This document shows positions 59,915 through 64,000 of a stretch of 64,000 bases of DNA, piece after piece. The DNA comes from Octopus sinensis (taxonomy: Eukaryota). The translations under genes and the position numbers were made by a program. The stretch is from the NCBI RefSeq assembly GCF_006345805.1, contig NC_043001.1:51522001-51586000 (forward strand), read 5' to 3'. Each line of letters starts with the position of its first letter. Within the stretch, counting starts at the first letter, position 1. Below the pieces are notes generated by a model. That model saw only the letters and a list, made by a program, of their open reading frames with translations, had not been told where the DNA came from and made no database searches.

Positions 59915-60300
59915 AAAATAAGAAAATGGAGAAACACATCCAAATCAAATAACAACTACCAGATAATACCCAATCACATACTTCATTAAACCACCACGAT
60001 CTACCACAAATTGCTAATATAAGTAAAATGAGACATACTTATCTGCATGGCCGAAACAGCTGTAAGATGTAGTTTATATTTATATTTATATTTATTTATA
60101 TTTATATTCTCTTATACATATTGTACTTATTGTATCATATTACTCCTTTATGTACACTCCTTTATGTACACTGTTTTGTTCTATATCATTATGTTTGACC
60201 TTAAAGTTTCTGATGTGGTGGTTTAATAAAGTATGTGATTGGGTATTATCTGGTAGTTGATATTTGATTTGGATATATTTCTCCATTTTCTTATTTTGTA
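59912..60300. repeat. 86-bp inverted repeat enclosing a decayed hammerhead remnant
   Basis: 59912-59997 versus 60215-60300. The spacer contains ..atgag acat..atgg c C GAAAC AGCT GTA at ~60025-60068. Confidence 0.85.
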
Positions 60301-60482
60301 TTATGAATTTGTGGTAAAACATTTTACCTTTGCCCATATAATACAGTAAATGAATTAATTGCATCGCAATTCTTAACATTTATGTATTAACTTTGTTGGG
60401 TACTTCACTAGCAGTATATTGGATATATGTTATCTCATGGAGGGTTGCATTTACAACCCCTATCTCAATTTGTATATATATA

Positions 60483-60527
<45 letters not shown>

Positions 60528-60809
60528 TATATATATATTATGTAACTTCTTTCTTTTCTTCTTATAACTCAGGTCTTATTTATTTACAAAGATATTTACT
60601 TTTTTACTCACACACTAGCAATACATCCTCCTCCTCCTCCTCCTATCTCTCTCTTTATATAAGAATCAATGTGTATATCTAGTCTCTCTCCCCGTCTCTT
60701 TCTCATTCTCCAAATATATATCTTTTTTCCTTTCACACTTTTTTCTCTCCGTCACTTTGTTCCTATTTACGAAGATATTTACATTCTCACTTACACACTA
60801 GCAATACAT

Positions 60810-60862
<53 letters not shown>

Positions 60863-61327
60863 CTAGAATCAATGTGTAGTTAGTCTCTCTCTCCCCCTCT
60901 CCCTCAATCTCCAATTATATATCCTTCTTCCTTGTCACTCTTTTAGCTCTCTCCCTGTACTAGAATCAATGTGTATCTAGTCTTTATCTTCTCCTCTCTC
61001 TCACTCCCATTTAATCCCCTCCTCATTTGCTTTCTATCTCCATCCACCCACACCTAGAACCCAATCTCCCACCGGTACCTGCCCATCTCCTCTGCAGACC
61101 TACACTTCCCTCATCTCTGCTTCCCTCTTAATTTCTTCTCTGCCTCAAATTGCCTACATTTCCCCGTCACCCCTTTGGTCTCTTACCCCCCAGCTTGCTC
61201 TTATCCCCTCATCTACCCCAACTTATTCTCACTCCCCTCCCCTCATTCTTCCATCACACCTCTGTTCTCTCTATATTTACACTCAAAAACCAACTGCACT
61301 CACAACAATAGCCACACCACAAAGAAG

Positions 61328-61489
61328 ATGACGAGAAATTGGAAGTCTGCAGAGATATCATTGTTCATGCGTGCCTGGGAAATCGCAGAAGGCAATTCGC
61401 CAAATAATTTAATTACAGCTGCCCTGAAGTACCATGGTTTCTCCAGAGCTGTGGCACAAATAGAGCGGAAGAAGTACGAGTTCATCTGA
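61328..61489 (+). CDS. 53-aa ORF resembling a Myb/SANT-like (trihelix) domain
   Basis: MTRNWKSAEISLFMRAWE...ITAALKYHGFSRAVAQIERKKYEFI*; pattern W..E..L...W / I...L...GF.R...Q...K. Confidence 0.4.
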   Translation: MTRNWKSAEISLFMRAWEIAEGNSPNNLITAALKYHGFSRAVAQIERKKYEFI

Positions 61490-61515
61490 TCTTTATGTGC
61501 TCTTTTCAATATGTG

Positions 61516-61760
61516 GATAAGATGTTTAACTTAAGTTACCTAAGGAGCCCTTGTGGCAGTCTACAGCATGTAGACTGCTACAAGGGCTCCTTAGGGAGAC
61601 TTAAGTTAAACATCTTATCTACACATCCACTGATGCAATGCTGAAACAGGTCACTGAAGCTGTCTGTATACAAGAATACAAACCCACTCTCAACCGAAAA
61701 TCCGAATGGGGTAACATCCAGATTCCACTCGGGAGTACCATTCTATAACCACCCATCTCT
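61516..61760 (+). mobile_element. PLE GIY-YIG C-terminal fragment with a 5' hairpin (50-bp arms)
   Basis: 61516-61565 pairs with 61569-61619 (loop GCA). The right arm continues as ..LNILSTHP..AMLKQVTEAVCIQEYKPTLNRKSEWGN. Confidence 0.8.
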
Positions 61761-62119
61761 CTCTCATTTACATTTAGTAATCCATCCTTACATGTTGAAA
61801 TGCATGGTACTAAAATACATATATGCAGTTATATATAACCGTACGAGCGTACATTGTTTGATATGTATGTACGTATGTGTAGATGTATGTGTGTATACGT
61901 GTGCGTATGTGTTGTGTTGTGTATGTTAGTGTATAAGTATGTACATGCATGCACATATGAGTATGTGTAAATATATATATATATGTATACATGTAAAAAT
62001 AAAAAATAAAAAAGGATTAATAGAATAAAATAAAGCAAGTTTGAATTTTAACCGTTGTCCTTGAAAAGAGTGTCATATATATGTATATATATATATGTAT
62101 ATGTATGTGTGTATGTATG

Positions 62120-62174
<55 letters not shown>

Positions 62175-62744
62175 ATGTATGTAGAGCTGGATGAGCGTAT
62201 ATGTGTGTATACTTTAAGATTATACGTATATTTGTATGTGGAAGTGTCTATATGATTGTGTGTACTTGTATATATGTATAAGGTTATATGTGCATATATA
62301 TATCTAAGAGGTTGTATCCATTCACCGTTAGACGGTGGTGAGAGGGACAAACGCACACACATATAATATATATATATGTGTGTGTGTGTCTATATAAATG
62401 TATATGTGTGTACGTATATATACAACCTTCAACAAGGTAACAGTAATGTATTCAACTTGAACTGACACATATCATTACATAAACATACGTTCACATGTAC
62501 ATACATATTTACACATATACAGACACGTCTACGCACTCTCCTAAATACTCACATACATACGTAAGTACATACATACATGCGTATAGGCATGCACACATGC
62601 ATGCGTACATACATGTACACACATACATACGCACATACATACATACATACATACATACATACATACATACATACATAGGTACATACATACATACGCACAT
62701 ACATACACACACACATACATACGTACATATATATCATGAACTAA

Positions 62745-62935
62745 CTGTTACTTTCTCAGATGAAGCACGAAGTTTTGTCAGTGAACAGGTCGCGATCTCA
62801 AAGCGACGAAAATATTTTGACAAATTAAATTTAAATGTTGAAGTGAATCTAACGGTTTTTGTGTGTTTCTTAAATGGCTTATAAACACCTTCCACGCTGC
62901 AATTGTTTTCGTTCCAGCACACGATCTCAGATCAA
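62745..62935 (+). mobile_element. PLE terminal fragment
   Basis: Same family as 34917-35215. Confidence 0.8.
62774..62824 (+). ncRNA. Candidate minimal type-I hammerhead, G3-C8 variant
   Basis: TTTGTCA GTGAACA G GTCGC gatctcaaa GCGAC GAAA ATATT T TGACAAA: 7-bp stem I, 5-bp stem II, palindromic stem III AATATT. Confidence 0.7.
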
Positions 62936-62942
62936 GTCTCCG

Positions 62943-62997
<55 letters not shown>

Positions 62998-63249
62998 CGT
63001 TTTTTAAAAATAATTTGTCAGCGTTCCCCTTCATCATATACACGGTGATTATATTCAGTTAAAATGGCTTGTTGATGCGGTTTGTTTCACTTTCTTTCTT
63101 TGACACGATGATTAAATTGCTTTACATCATTTTTATTCCCTCCGGAATAATATAAATGCTTTCTTCGAAACATATGTTGGAAGTATAAATGGTTTGAATA
63201 ACACCTGTGTTTGATTCCATTTCTTAATTTAATCTGTCGGCTATACTAA

Positions 63250-63350
63250 AAGGTAAAGACTGGAGCAACGTGAAATAAAGTGTTTTGCTCAAGAACACAA
63301 CACACAGGTCGGTCCGGGAGTCGAACTCACTATCTCGTGACTATGGGCCT
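63250..63350 (-). mobile_element. tRNA-derived CORE-like SINE head
   Basis: Reverse complement of the 36905-36990 family (gagttcgactcccggaccgacc..tgtgttgtgttcttgagcaaaacacttt). Confidence 0.7.
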
Positions 63351-64000
63351 CGGCGTGATTTGAATAAAAAACGCCAAAAAGAGGAAAATATACTGCAAGG
63401 AATTTCGTTCGCTGTTCTAACGACTCAGCTATTTTTGCCATTTTGGAAGTCTATAGAGGCGATCACACTGAAAATGAGCATCATATTTGGTTTAATGTTT
63501 GAATTTGCATTTCGAGAAGAAACTAGAAACGATTTTATAAGATTTTAAGAAAAAATTTAATACAGAAAATTTTACATGAAATACTTTCTTTCGTTCATAA
63601 TCTTACCATTCCTGCTGCATCTAGGGTAGGTGAAGTTAATGTTAAAGAATCAATGAATACTCGCGAGACCCGTGAATATTTCACGGAATTAATGGTAAAC
63701 CTATTGGGTAATGTCTATAAACTTTATTCAAAAATCCTGAAAGCGTAGCCTATGTTGTGTCTGTATGGGAAAATAGTCACTCATTTGTTACTCAGTGATA
63801 ACTGAAAGAAATTGAAATACGATGATTAGTTAATGCACTTTATATATACACTTTATATGCTTTATGCATAATTTTAAAGACAATTTTATAGATAGCACTC
63901 TTAAAATAAACATTCACTCTTATCTTTCTTTTTTTTTCAAATAAAAAATATTGCCCTCCATATGATACAACCTTTAGTTAAATTGCGCATATCTGCTACG

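Noticed and set aside
61628-61660. CTGATGC..GAAACAGGTC hammerhead look-alike
   Set aside because: It lacks A9 and stem II and lies inside GIY-YIG coding sequence.

Overview
AT-rich, microsatellite-saturated eukaryotic DNA. The repeat families and composition resemble a coleoid cephalopod (Octopus-like) genome; this is inference from pattern recognition, not a database hit. No intact host gene is evident; the only candidate is a weak two-exon 3' end near 27.7 kb. Almost all recognisable sequence is decayed mobile DNA. This includes mariner, Tc1 and maT (DD37D) transposase relics, TA-flanked MITEs and Helitron/Helentron pieces. It also includes a cluster of RLE-type (R4/Dong-like) LINEs sitting in (AAT)n tracts, L1/Tx1, RTE and CR1 LINE fragments, several tRNA-derived SINE families, one 5S rRNA copy and many Penelope-like element (PLE) fragments. 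There is a 100-N gap at 43607-43706. The most interesting signals are: (1) minimal type-I hammerhead ribozyme motifs in PLE termini showing three different Watson-Crick combinations at core pair 3-8 (C-G, G-C, U-A); (2) a PLE pseudo-LTR with multimerised ATTGG-N12-TGACGT modules followed by TATA, Inr, Kozak ATG and a splice donor; (3) repeated fold-back palindromes at retroelement ends, the largest with 285-bp arms; (4) an ORF1-only L1/Tx1 derivative in a higher-order tandem; (5) a 5S rRNA copy fused to a SINE 3' tail; (6) a 583-bp composite tandem repeat. All coordinates and mismatch counts were read by eye and are approximate.
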